A stretch of 64,000 nucleotides of DNA from Octopus bimaculoides. Taxonomy: Eukaryota. The number at the start of each line of letters is the position of its first letter. The first letter of the stretch is position 1. The notes beneath the pieces were generated by a model that had not been told where the DNA came from, searched no databases, and saw only the letters and a program-made list of their open reading frames with translations. The position numbers and the translations under genes are program-made. Location of the stretch: NCBI RefSeq assembly GCF_001194135.2, contig NC_068983.1, positions 115,669,942 through 115,733,941 on the forward strand. Reading direction: 5' to 3'. This document shows positions 1-11,860 of the stretch, in pieces.

Positions 1-283
1 CGGGAGGGGACCTTACACCACCCACAATTCTGGTCGGTGGCTTTCAACAGGTTGTCCCGCAGAAATCTCCAATTGTCTTCCACGTTGTATGATGCTATAT
101 CCCCTTCTATTTCGTTAAATGCTTCAAGTAACTTGTCTCTAAGTCTCTGTCCATTTGCAGGGTCTTTAAGCTTCCACACCCTTCTCCTCCAAGCCGGTCT
201 AATTCTGGGCACCCATTTTGCCTTGATCCCAAAGTCGCTAACTACTAATCTACGTTGTGGGGTACATTCTTCGCCAGGGTAGG
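1..283 (-). mobile_element. RTE-clade LINE fragment (endonuclease-RT linker), runs off the window edge
   Basis: The minus strand reads RRLVVSDF...RRVWKLKDPANGQRLRDKLLEAFNEIEGD...EDNWRFLRDNLLKATDQNCGW; it is homologous to the RTE copy at about 58930-59130 in this window. Confidence 0.85.
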
Positions 284-313
284 TTTTGGCATTTATAAGC
301 CGCCCTCTTTCCC

Positions 314-346
<33 letters not shown>

Positions 347-363
347 ATATGTATGTGTATACA

Positions 364-403
<40 letters not shown>

Positions 404-407
404 TCTG

Positions 408-1280
408 ATTACAAATCTTTCCTCCTCCACATTCACCACCGCCTAAAGAAACACTTTTTCATGCTTCCTTTCTGCTGCCTTCACCACCACCTCATCCACA
501 AAGATTTCCACCTTCATTTCCACCCCACTTTCCACTCTGCCTCTGCCATCCTATTCATACTCCGTACTACTTCCTACCGCCTTATGCACATTCCACTCTA
601 TGCTTCATAATCCATTTAAATCATTTCCACGAATTCCTCGCTCGCACTAAACAACTTAGACTCCACTCACTTCTTCATTTTGTCACACCCAATGCCACTA
701 CACCCACCACTCCCTCCCCAGTACACCCCTCATCCTCACCCCAGCCCTTCCATTACTTCAACCTCCTACGCACTTACTCCTCCTCTCTCTCCTCCCAGCC
801 TTCCACTACCCTCGCCACCCCTCCCCATTTAACTCATCCACCCCCTCCCCACTTCAGTCTGTTGTTACCATTCTTCCTGATTTTCCCCTCACTCCATCCA
901 GTAACAAATTTCAGACCCGTGCTGATATTCATAGTTTTGTGTGCCGGGTCAGGCTATATACACTATTCCACAACACTCCACCTGCTTCCAATGAAGAGGA
1001 CTGCTTCACCAACCTGGGCTGTCAACCATCCCACTGAACGCCAGTTCCAAGCAGTCAGTCATTTTGCAAGCATCTACCAATGTGCTGTGGACTGGTTTAA
1101 CTTTCACAGGCATCCCCAACATTTTAACATCTCCCCATCCGAACCCTTGGCTCCTTCGATATCTCCGACGCTGCAAGGACGTCATCATAAAACCAGCTGA
1201 CAAGGGTGGAGCCATGGTGGTGTGGTGCACAGACCTCTACAAAGCTGAAGCTCTCCACCAATTTCAAGATACCTCCTTCC
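408..1280 (+). mobile_element. Penelope-like retroelement (Neptune-like), N-terminal/RT part 1, degenerate
   Basis: Decayed ORF ending in KDVIIKPADKGGAMVVW..DLYKAEA, a typical PLE RT start; contains frameshifts and stops. Confidence 0.85.
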
Positions 1281-2129
1281 ATTTATATTATTTACATTTG
1301 ACAGATATTTGTCCTCATCTTGTTTGTTGTTAACCTTCCAGCCTTCATTGGGTGTCTTGGGGAAATTTCGAACCTGGGTTCTCATTCTTAAGGTTTTTTT
1401 TTATGTTGTTATTATTATTAATCTTGGGGTTAGTAGCCCGCGCTCTTAACCACTATGCCATATGCCTGTGGGCAATTATGGAGTGAATTTTAGGGCTTAT
1501 AAATCTAATATTCTCCTATTCTTCCCATATGCTATTCATATCTGCACTCGGTCTGCTTAGGAGGTTGTTGTGTCCTAGCATATGTGCTGCTTCTTTTAGT
1601 TTTTGTATTTTCCAGTGATGTTCTCTGTCTATTATTTTAACTTCATCCTATGGAGGAGGTGGTCTCCATTTTTCTATACATGATCAGCTATACCTGATTT
1701 ATCAATATCTCCCCATGTCACAGCTTTACGATGTTCCTCTACCCTTATTTTGTGAGGGCAGCATGTTTCGCCTTTGTATAACCTACCACAGCTGCATGGG
1801 ATGGAGTACACACAGTTTTTGGTCATATTCTCTGCTATTGGCGGTTTTACTCGAAGGAGATATTTGCGAAGTGTTGTATTACTTTTGAATACTGTCCTGA
1901 TGTCATATGGGCCGCATATCTTTTGTATCTTTCCGGAGAGGCCTTTCACATAGGGTAGACAGACAGTGGACAGTTTATCGGTTTCATCTTCTTTTCTACA
2001 TAATTGGAGTGGAGAGTATGCTTTTCGGGTAGTTGTTGCTTAATAGATTGTTACTGAGCTTGATCATTTCTTCATGGTGTGTATCATGATCGCTACTTAT
2101 ATTCATTGCTCGATGTTTTAGGCACTGAG
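1281..2129 (-). mobile_element. Penelope-like element 3' fragment with GIY-YIG endonuclease and terminal region, inserted antisense into another PLE
   Basis: ORF 1674-1949: CVYSIPCSCGRLYKGET...RVEEH..AV...KSGIADHV, a GIY-YIG endonuclease of Penelope/Poseidon type. Confidence 0.85.
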
Positions 2130-3128
2130 CAATCCCTCAATTTACACTGACCTCCAACCCCATGCCTAACTACCAACAGACTGTGTCCTCCACTATCCAT
2201 GACCTCATCTCCTCCCCCGTCTCCTTCCCACTGTGTCCAACCTCATTGTCCGCACTCCATGCACCCCCACCATTTACTTCCTTCCTAAAATCCATAAGCC
2301 CAACAACCCTGGCTGCCCCATCGTCTCTGCTTGTAATTGCCCCCCAGAATTGATCTCAAAATACCTCAACTGTATCTTTGCCCCCCTAGTGGCTTCCCTC
2401 CCCTCCCACATCTATGACACTAACCATACTTTCCATCTCTTCAACTCTTTCTCCTTCCCTCCTGGCCCCTCTGAACTTCTCTTCACTCTTGATATCAAGA
2501 GTCTATATACAGTGATCTCACACAACAAAGGACTTCTTGCACTCAAACACTTCCTAGACCATTGACCCAACCCCCAACCTGACACCTCACACTTCTTTGT
2601 CTGGCTGAACTTGTTCTCCCTCAACTGCTTCTCGTTCGTGGGAGATTTTTACCAACAGGTCTTGGGAGTGGGAACGGGAATGGGCCCCGACTATGCATAC
2701 TTGTTCGTTGGCTACGTTGAGGCCCAAATATTCTCACAATTCACTGGTCCCACTCCCAAACTATATTGATGACCTCACTCTCCCACATACAACTAAACTC
2801 CTTCTTTTGGGTCCAATCCTTCCATCTTGCCCTTGAATTCTCCTGTACTATTTCCAACACTTCCGTCGCATTTCTCAACATTTCAGTCAGCATACATCAC
2901 TCTGCTTTCACTACCTCCATCCTATACAAACACACTGACTCACACTTATACCTTAACTTCTCCTCCTTCCACCCTACCCACACCAAGCTCTCCATCCCCT
3001 ACTCTCAGTTCCTCCATCTGCGCAGGCTCTGCAGTGACAACCATGACTTTGTGACTCAATCTCAACTTATGGTCTGCCACTTCATCCTTCGTGGATATTC
3101 CTTCACCACTATCCACACAGCCATCATA
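2130..3128 (+). mobile_element. Penelope-like retroelement RT part 2 (continues 408-1280)
   Basis: YFLPKIHKPNNPGCPIVS, LFTLDIKSLYT, YQQVLGVGTGMGPDYAYLFVG, FLNISVSI, YKHTDSHLYLNFSS.HP..K.SIPYSQFL.LRRLCS are PLE RT and thumb motifs; frameshifted. Confidence 0.9.
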
Positions 3129-3456
3129 AATGTGTTTGGGAATCTGTTTGACTGCCTATGATTTGTGTTTTCAGTTTCCTCTACTCTGTATTTGATATAT
3201 ATATATATGTATGTGTATGTGTTGGGTATTAAATTTATATTTACATTATTGTATTGTACTATTTTCTGTGATTCTTCATGTGTTTCATCATCATCATCAT
3301 CATCATTTAATGTCCACCTATCATACTGGCATGGGTTGGATGGTTTGACAGGAACTGGGGAGCCAGAGGACTTCCCCAAGCTCCACTATCTGCTTTGGCA
3401 TGGTTTCTATGGCTGGATGTGAATTATATTTTGTGTTTGTGAACTATATTTTGCAG

Positions 3457-3524
3457 ATTATGTTTGTGTGGCTGACTGGGACAGATTTGAACTCTCATTG
3501 CGAACAAGCGGGGGAAAAGAAACT
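3457..3524 (+). CDS. ATG2: ATG2 window exon 1 (xYVCVADWDRFELSLRTSGGKET)
   Basis: ttgcag acceptor and gtaagt donor; 68 nt; enters in phase 1 and exits in phase 0, matching the next exon; resembles the ATG2 DYV.V.D..LEL segment. Confidence 0.85.
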
Positions 3525-4197
3525 GTAAGTAAAACAAGAACATTTCAACATTTCCATCAGTTTATTATTTTTTGTCAGTATTTAATGTATAACTTAATAA
3601 AACAATGTTTAGCAGACTCCCACTCTGAAAGAAGTGCTAATTTGATACCAGATACTATCTCTTTGCTTTCAGTAATGTTTACATATCACTGGAGACAGCT
3701 ATGGCCTCATCCTTTGGCATTTAAAGCAGACATACTCAGCCAAAATATTCCACCTGTTTTATATTCAAACTGACCAGGTCTGGCCTTTCACACCTACTCA
3801 ACAATGTCATTCTAAAAATATACAATCACATCATGTAGACCTTGAAGTCATGGATGGACATGTTTTGTATAGAAGTTTGGAAATGAACAACGTTACTTGT
3901 AAAACAAGCAATGAGAACTCACACATACACACATGCACATATAAACTAACGTCTTTCAGTTTCTGTCTACTAAATCCACTCACATGACTTTGATTGGTCT
4001 GGGGATATAAGTAGAAGACACTGCCTAAGGTGCTGCTGTGCAGTGGGACGGAACCCAAAAGCCACATGAATGTGCAACAAGCTTCTCAACCACATCTAAT
4101 AGATATGATATTATGTCTCTTCTTAGCTTGCTTAAGTTCATTCTGGAATGATTTAAATAAAAGGGTCTAAATATTTTTCTTTTCTTTTTTTTTTAAT

Positions 4198-4231
<34 letters not shown>

Positions 4232-4235
4232 TTAG

Positions 4236-4400
4236 AAAATTCCTAAGAAAGACGTAACAATCACTAGTAATCGTTTTAATGTGCGAACCTGCTCAGATTC
4301 TTGTGTGGCTTTGATGGAATTAATTCAATACATTGCCAATGATGGAGACCTCCAAGAAAATCTTGATGATTCTTTATCTTCTACAAGTAAATCTAATAAT
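4236..4400 (+). CDS. ATG2: ATG2 window exon 2 (KIPKKDV...RTCSDSCVALMELIQYIANDGDL...)
   Basis: Long poly-T tract plus ttag acceptor; gtgagt donor; 165 nt; conserved RTCSDSC motif. Confidence 0.95.
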
Positions 4401-4534
4401 GTGAGTATTCTTGATATTTACCGGAATATTATAAATAATTATAATAATGATGATGATGAACTTATTGTATACAGAGCTCAGGTGCACTTCAGCTCATCAG
4501 AAAAAGTAACCAAAACTGCATGAACAGTACATAG

Positions 4535-5365
4535 AATATGCACAGGAAGTGAACAGTGAACAAGTTGGAAAAAAAAATAGGGGTTGTAAGCATCAGGTAA
4601 ACTGTTGGTGAATTTCAGGAAGTATGGAAATATTGAAGAACGTAGTGCCCCAACAGCTAACAACTGATGCAGGTAGTTTATTCCATGATTTAGCAATTCT
4701 TAATGTAAAAAGATGTTTCCGAAAGTCATGGGTGCTGTGTTGTTTTTTGATTTTGTAAGCATGTCCATGAGTGTTAGATATGTAGAATTCAAAAAGGTGC
4801 CCATGGTTGTTGTTGGAAAGATGGTGGATAATCCTGTCTACCAAGTCAATTACCATACATTGGAGCTTTAATGTATCCATGCCCAAGGAAGCAAGATACT
4901 CTGAGCATGGTAGATGCTTGACAGCATGTACCTATCTGATTACACATTTCAGAACAGTTTCCAGGAGATGGATTTGCTGAGCAAGATAGAAGTTCCAGAC
5001 TGGTGATGCAATGATGCAAATTCTAAGTGTGGATGTACCATAGTCATATACAGCCTTAAACAGATAGCTGGAAAGTGGCTGACAAAGGTCTTACTGAGTG
5101 ATGCTAAGGCACCCTCAGCTTTCTTGACCAATTTAGAGATGTGGTTTGTCCAACACAAATCACTGTTGACAACAATACCCAGGTCACATTCACTGGCAGA
5201 TTTCTTAAAATTGTTGTTGAGGGAGTACATAAAAGCTGGATTTTACCTCACAAAATGCATGATGATGCACTTGTCCACAGCCAGCTTTAGTTGCCAGTCA
5301 GTAATCTGTCATTGCATTGTCTCCAGGTCCAATTGCAGGAAAGCTCTATCTATAATACATTAAAA
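4535..5365 (-). mobile_element. CR1/L2-group LINE RT C-terminal fragment
   Basis: ECDLGIVVNSDLCWTNHISK..KKA, RLYMTMVHPHLEFAS, GHAYKIKKQH...RKHLFTLRIAKSWNKLPASVV are CR1-type C-terminal motifs. Confidence 0.85.
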
Positions 5366-5977
5366 GTCAGCTTGAATCTTGCTTGCTTGCTTGCAATGTT
5401 ACCCAGCCAAACTGGCACATAATGGAAAATACTATGAATTAAGTTTTCCCTGAAATGTAAATATGAACAGAATAAAACAAATTCCACATAAATCGGACAA
5501 GTGGTTGTTCAGATATTAGGGGTTTAGGGGGGGGGGGGTATAAATACTCAAAATGGTGCATAATGGGAAAATATTCCAAAGAAAACTTAAGCCTGAAAGG
5601 GAAGAAACTCTTACCTTTCGATTAGACACAGTGACTTGACAACGAAAAAATATTTGTTTTTATAATAAATGTTTCTATTTTCACTTCTGTTAAACACAAT
5701 ATTTTAAATCATTTAGAAATATTTTTAAGTGAATGTGATATCAAAAATGTAAGTTGTTTGTATAGTAAGTAGTTATATTTTAGCATTCTTTAAACAGACA
5801 ATATTTTAATGTTTTTTTTAATTATTTTCAAATGGGGGCATGTTTAAAAATTATCTTTAAGTGAACACGACTTAAAAAATACAGTAAATATTTTGTAAAA
5901 GAACCATTCGTAACCTCGGTGTGAAATAATATTTTTCCATAGGTTTTTTTCAAGTGCATTCAACATATATCACCTCC

Positions 5978-6096
5978 AAAGATTTGGCTGCTATTTCTAG
6001 CACGCCCTGCTACCAAGTAACAGCTATTTGTGATAAAGGACCCAAAATACCTGTTATGTAGTAGCAAGGCGTGCAAGAAATAGCAGCCAAATCTTT
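5978..6096. repeat. 119-bp inverted repeat (36-bp arms, 2 mismatches), MITE-like
   Basis: aaagatttggctgctatttctagcacgccctgctac (5978-6013) pairs with gtagcaaggcgtgcaagaaatagcagccaaatcttt (6061-6096). Confidence 0.85.
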
Positions 6097-6689
6097 TCAA
6101 TCAAATGGCTCTGGGAAAGCTGCTATGTGGTAAACTAGCACTCAAACTCTGGATACATAGCAGAAACAGATGTAAGCTAATGAAAGTGATTATGTTACTC
6201 CTGTTTTTTTTGTCATTCATTCAATATTAATGATAAAAATAATAGTAATAATAATAATGATGATGATGATGATGAAAGTAAACAGATAGACATACAGACA
6301 TAGGTAATATGAACAGACAAGCACACATATGCAAATGAAGACTGAAACACATGACCCTGTATACACACACTTCACTTCACACAAGGACACATACGGAGAC
6401 ACACATCCACACATGGAAATACACATCCATACATACAGACACAGTACATAGTCACAAAAACCCATACACACACATACACAGACACACTCAGACATGCACA
6501 CACAAGGAGACAGAGGTACACACACACAAACATGAACACAGAAACACATGAATATGCAGAATACATACATACAAACATACACCATACATACATATATATA
6601 CATACGCACACACATACATGCATACGTACGTACATACATACATACATGTGTATGTGCACAAACATTGACCCATACACATGCGCACAAAC

Positions 6690-6960
6690 AAACAAAAAGG
6701 AACGCAGTGTGAATAATGGACAGAGTCAAAACTATTGAAAAGGTTGCAAGATGCAACAAAAAGTTTAGAAAAATAAATAAGTAAATGAGTGGGAATTTTA
6801 CCAGAGAGTGTGTTAAATTATAAGGCACTGAAAGAGAATGGCTCTCCCCAGACACAATAGAATATGCTTCAACACACAAACTCACATAAAGAATCTTGCA
6901 AACCAAATCCCAAACTGAAATATATGTATAAAAATGCAAACATATATGGTAAACATATAA
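6690..6960. repeat. Unclassified interspersed repeat (second copy at about 19440-19660)
   Basis: Shared blocks such as taaatgagtgg, gagtgtgttaaa, ctccccagacacaa..atatgcttca.cacac and ttcacataaagaatcttgcaaaccaaat occur in both copies. Confidence 0.7.
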
Positions 6961-7019
6961 GCACAGCAAATTTAACTATTTTTCCATAGATTGCAAAGGC
7001 AGTTTTAACCTGTTGACAC

Positions 7020-7165
7020 GTTAAAAGCACTCATTACACTCTTGGAGTGGTTGGCATTAGGAAGGGCACCTAACCATAGAAATCATGCCAAACCAGACTG
7101 GAACTTGGTGCTAGTTCCAGTCAAACCATCTAACCCATGGTAAGCAGACGCTAAATGATGATGTG
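7020..7165 (+). mobile_element. RTE 3'-UTR-derived short copy (diverged, sense orientation, GAT tail)
   Basis: Reverse complement of the family seen at 7981, 31905 and 35713; ends in gacgctaaatgatgatg. Confidence 0.7.
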
Positions 7166-7561
7166 AATAAATAAGCATTACATTTGACAGTAATCTAAAT
7201 GCTAAAGGGTTAAAGGTTCGAAAACTGGTCAATCCTAGAGAAATATATGACCAGATTGCTTATACACACAACATACACACTAGCTTAATTGTTATTATTG
7301 CTATTATTATAAAAATTAGTAGTATACCTGACAAAATACCTTGCAGTATTACATTATATTCCATTAGATTCTGAGATTAAATTCTGTTGGGGTCAGCTTT
7401 GTTTTGAACATTCAGGGCTAATTCTCCAGTTTGAGAATGATGTCCTCTCTTCCTTCCACTGATCTGAAAGACTCTGAAATAGGTGCTAGGGGTGCTTTTT
7501 CATTAAAAAATGTGTACTTTTGATATTTGATTTTTGGGTTGTTTTAATTCTCTATTTTTAG

Positions 7562-7685
7562 GAAGATCTTGATGTTTCAATTCATAAAACTACTGCTGAC
7601 AATGGTGATATTAACCCTACAGATTTAGTACATGATATGATGGAAGATGCTATGAAGGAATCCACTGTCCCAGAACAGAGTAAAG
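7562..7685 (+). CDS. ATG2: ATG2 window exon 3 (EDLDVS...VHDMMEDAMKES...K)
   Basis: ttttag acceptor and gtaact donor; 124 nt, phase 0 to 1; similar to ATG2B DLMSDAMEE; absent from the ORF track. Confidence 0.9.
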
Positions 7686-7980
7686 GTAACTGAGTTTTTC
7701 TGTTATTATTTTCAGTTGCATAGTGTTTTTGACAGATTCAGAAATAGTCCATTCTGGTTGTTCTATTGTATTTCAATAGGTGTCTTAAGTTCACATCCAC
7801 TCTGGGTCAATTTTTTTGCTTTTGACTTCCTCGGTATTGTTACTGTTGACCCCATGTCAGTCTGAATTAAGCAGATCAATGATCAATGGCATTCTAACCA
7901 TGACCATCTCATACTAGTTGTACATCATCTAATGTCTTTCCAATTTTAAGATGGTATAATGTGATTTGAAAGAAATTTGA

Positions 7981-8640
7981 ATCATCATCATCATCATCAT
8001 CATCATTGTTTAACGTCCACTTTCCATGCTAGCATGGGTAGGACGATTTGACTGAAGACTGGTAAACCAGATGGCTACACCAGGCTCCAATCTGATTTGG
8101 CAGAGTTTCTACAGCTGGATGCCCTTCCTAACGCCAACCACTCCGAGAGTGTAGTGGGTGCTTTTACGTGCCACCAGCACGAAGGCCAGTCAGGAGGTAC
8201 TGGCAACAGCCACGCTCGAAATGGTGTATTTTACATGCCACCTGCATAGGAACTAGTCCAGCGGGACTGGCAACGAACTCGCCCAAAGGCGACGTTGGTA
8301 ACGGTCACGCTCAAATGGTGCTATTTACATGCCACCGGCACGAAAGCCAGACATCTGGTGCTCTGGCAACGATCACGCTCGGATGGTGTTCTTAGTGATT
8401 TACTGGTACTGGTCCCATCACGATTTCGCTTTCGCTTCCGCTTGCCCCAACAGGTCTTTGCAAGCTGAGTTTAGTGTTCAATGAAGACTTTGGCATGGGT
8501 GCCAGTCTACAAATTTAGTTCGATTTCGGTTTCGATTTCACTTGCCTCAACAGGTCTTCGCAAGCAGAGTTTAGTGTCCAAAGAAGGAATGTTACGCATA
8601 AGTGGGCTGGCTACATCCCAGGCAGAGGCCTTGGATTTTG
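7981..8640 (-). mobile_element. RTE LINE 3' end (5'-truncated copy) with (CAT)n tail
   Basis: Starts with (cat)n, then tttaacgtccactttccatgctagcatgg; carries repeated gtgccacc modules; the distal part matches the 3' UTR of the RTE at about 61190-61500. Confidence 0.85.
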
Positions 8641-9524
8641 GTCTATCCCTGCTTTTATTAAACATATGAAATAAGTTAATGACAAAAATAAAATATATTG
8701 GAATACATTTAAATATGTTGCTATTTAAGTTTTTTACACTCAAAGATAGAGTTTTATAAATGTGCCACAGCCTCATTTTATAAGATATTTGAGTATGACA
8801 CAAGAAGGTGTCTCTCAATCTTCTATTTCCTGTATATTGATGAAAACAACATAATCCAATGTATGACAATCTATCAAACAATTTATCTGATTTCATGTTA
8901 ATGGTGTTGTTGGTATTTAGTCCCAGCAAACCTATGTTAAAAAGTGTTTCCAGCCATAGTCATTCTGTCTTTATTTCAAATAGTTTCTCTAAAACTAAGT
9001 CTCCAGGTCAACCCTCATGGTACAGATCTACAGCCAAGACAGTCCATTCGTCACCATCTTACTTTATATTCAAACAGTTGCTCTCAGTCTGCATTCTCCT
9101 GTGCATCTTTTCTCTTCCTATGAGAGCTCAATGTGCTGGTATATGTTGCAGATCTTTTTACTATTTATGACAGGTCACCATGTAGATCAGTGGGCCTTAA
9201 CCCTTTTGTAGCTCAGTCCCTCCTTTCATCAAATGATAATTCTTTCAAACACACTGTCTCAGTATATATTTTAAAAAAACATGGCACATCGTCCAAGTTT
9301 CCACTCACTAGCATCACAATGTCTTATTCATGTTTTTATTCTGACAAAGATTATATTTTATCTAATTTTATTTATCTACTTCCACTACTGTTTCGTTATT
9401 CCCATTTTAAGGCAGAAATTTTTCAGTTGATTTTGTCAGAATTATATGACATCTAGTCATATTGCACAGCATTTATTTTTATTTCATATATGTGTGTGTG
9501 CATGTACACACACACACACACACA

Positions 9525-10390
9525 CATCATCATCAACATCACTTAACATCCGTTTTCCATGCTGGCATGGGTTGAACTGTCCAGGTTCCAATTGTCTGTT
9601 GTGAAATGATTTCTATGGTTGGATGCCCTTCCTAATACCAACCTCTTTATAGTGTGCTGGGTGGTTTTTATGTGCCACTGGTACAGGTGTGTTCATGCAG
9701 CACTGACACGAATGCATTTGATGTGGCACTGGCATCTGCAAAGTACAAGCCTTATGCATGGATGACAGCAATTTTACTTAGTTTGACGCGTCTTAAATAC
9801 AGCAAATCATCACAACCCCCAGTCCCTTGTTATTTCCTCAGTGATGCCCAGTGTCCAAAGATCCTTTCTCTCCACTTCATCCCACATCTTCTTAAGTCTA
9901 CCCCTTCCACAGGTTCCTTCCACAGTTAGAGCTTAGCACTTCTTTATGCAGCTGTCCTCATCCATATGCATCACTTGACCAAACCAGTGCAGCCTTCTCT
10001 CTTGCACACAACATCTGATGCCTGTTATACCCAGTTTTCCTCTTAAATTATTTACACTCTGTCGTACATGCACACTGATATCACCCATACAGCAGAGCAT
10101 GCTAGCTTCATTTCTTTCAAGCCTTTGCAAGTCCTCTGTAGTCAAAGCCCATATTTCACTGCCATGTAATATAGCTGTACATACACAGGCATCATACAAT
10201 CTACCCTTCACTCTGAGTGAGAGACCCTTAGTCACTAACAAAGGTAGAACCTCTCTGAACTTTACCCAGCCCGTTCTTATCTTAGCAACTACACTTTCAG
10301 AACTTCCTCTTCCACTGCTAACTTGGTCTCCTAGGTAACAGAAGTTAGTTACTATTTCTAATAATCCCCGCTAAACATTTGAGGGAGTCA
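9525..10390 (-). mobile_element. RTE LINE 3' fragment (RT C-terminus plus short-UTR variant)
   Basis: ORF 9933-10241 LVTKGLSLRVKGRLYDACV..AILHGSE.WAL...RLERNEASML matches the RTE at 60700-61000; (CAT)n tail. Confidence 0.9.
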
Positions 10391-10683
10391 GTTGTCTGCA
10401 CATTTTTAGTGCTTATTGTACCCACACATTTGCCACACACAAAGACTATTTTCTCTCTTAACATTCCTGTGATATCACTACACCTCTTATGTGTCCAAAG
10501 CTTTGCACTGAGTACAACACATGGAGTTTCTACCTACACCCTTTTTACAAGACCNNNNNNNNNNNNNNNNNNNNNNNNNNNNNNNNNNNNNNNNNNNNNN
10601 NNNNNNNNNNNNNNNNNNNNNNNNATTTATATACTTGTGTGCATTTATTTATTTATCTAATTACTTATTTATTGCATTTTCAG

Positions 10684-10940
10684 CAAGTCATGGTAGCCAT
10701 TCTAAAAAGAGTTCATCCAGCAAACGAACTACTACAGAGGTATTCTTTGTTCCCCCAAACGAGGATCAGCCTATCTATCCTACTCCAAATGAGAATGCTG
10801 GGAATTTGGTATCTTCAGAGAACTTATCTTCATCATCCAGCTCAAAGTCACTCTATAGCAGCAGTATGTCAGAAGAAAACACTGAACTTGATATTGATGA
10901 AGATTATTGTATTCTTGATGATATTGGAATGGGAGTTGAG
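10684..10940 (+). CDS. ATG2: ATG2 window exon 4 (Ser-rich loop ending in LIR-like DEDYCIL)
   Basis: tttcag acceptor; gttggt donor, chosen because it is the only phase-0 option; 257 nt; VFFVP and DYCIL match ATG2B LFLFP and DFCIL. Confidence 0.9.
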
Positions 10941-11631
10941 GTTGGTAGAGTATACCTGATACTTTTTTAAAGAATTTTATAAACTGTGTCAACTTCACAA
11001 GTCTCTTAACCTCACTTTCTCTTTTGATCTCTAAAATTCTTCTTTACATACGCTTTTACACATTTTTATATGGATTCCACAAACTAAGCGTCTTTGTTGT
11101 TTTACTAGTGAATGTGACAAACTTTCAGATTGAGTTGTGTAACTTGCTTGAGTAAGTTTTGTACACCAATATAGAGAGATATACAAAATAAATTTTTAGC
11201 TCACTTTCCTAGACGGTTCTTCTATCCCACTATCCAGCTTTTAATGTCAATATTTTAGAACTAATTGGGTTGTTGGAAATGTTACATTGTCACAGATTTC
11301 ATATAATTGTGCAGAACCTCAGATCTGTCAGTTGTGCTGCTGTCATAAAATGACACTTCACCTTTTTATGACCATATTTTTTAATCAAAATATGCTGCCT
11401 ATGTTTCAATTGAATTTGAAAAATAATCAAGAAGTATATTTTCATTAATTGATATATTAGGTCAGTAACAGCTTGTTTTTACTTGCATGGAAGCAAAAAT
11501 CAACCCTAGCAGAAAATGTGCTGAGTTTTGGTGACCAAACATTTAATCCAAAGCACTATTATTTTAACCAGTTTACACATATCTGCTGTCTGAACTATCC
11601 ATGTTTAATATGTTAGGTCAGTGGAAAGAGT

Positions 11632-11860
11632 TTAACCCTTTAGCATTTAAACCGGCCATATCTGGTCGAAAGTATTCTGCTTGTTTTATGTTCAAACTGG
11701 CCAAATCTGGTCTCTCACACCAACCCTACAATATCATTTTAAAAATTAACAGCTACCTCATCAAAATCTCATAGCTACAAGATAATGCATGATTAGTTCA
11801 AAACAATGTGGATGAAAAAGCATTAATTTTGGTAGAATAATGCAAACACTAAAGGGTTAA
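11632..11860. mobile_element. piggyBac-type MITE (TTAA-CCCTTTAG...CTAAAGGG-TTAA)
   Basis: TTAA duplications at 11632-11635 and 11857-11860, with CCC/GGG termini; related copies elsewhere in the window. Confidence 0.85.

Noticed and set aside
6217-6969. 250-aa Cys/Val-rich ORF and many similar CVCV, YIYI and HTHT ORFs
   Set aside because: These are translations of (TG)n, (TA)n and (CA)n microsatellites.
10941-10950. Alternative donor at 10945 (gtagag) for ATG2 window exon 4
   Set aside because: It would add 4 nt and shift the frame of the conserved next exon; the gttggt donor at 10941 keeps phase.
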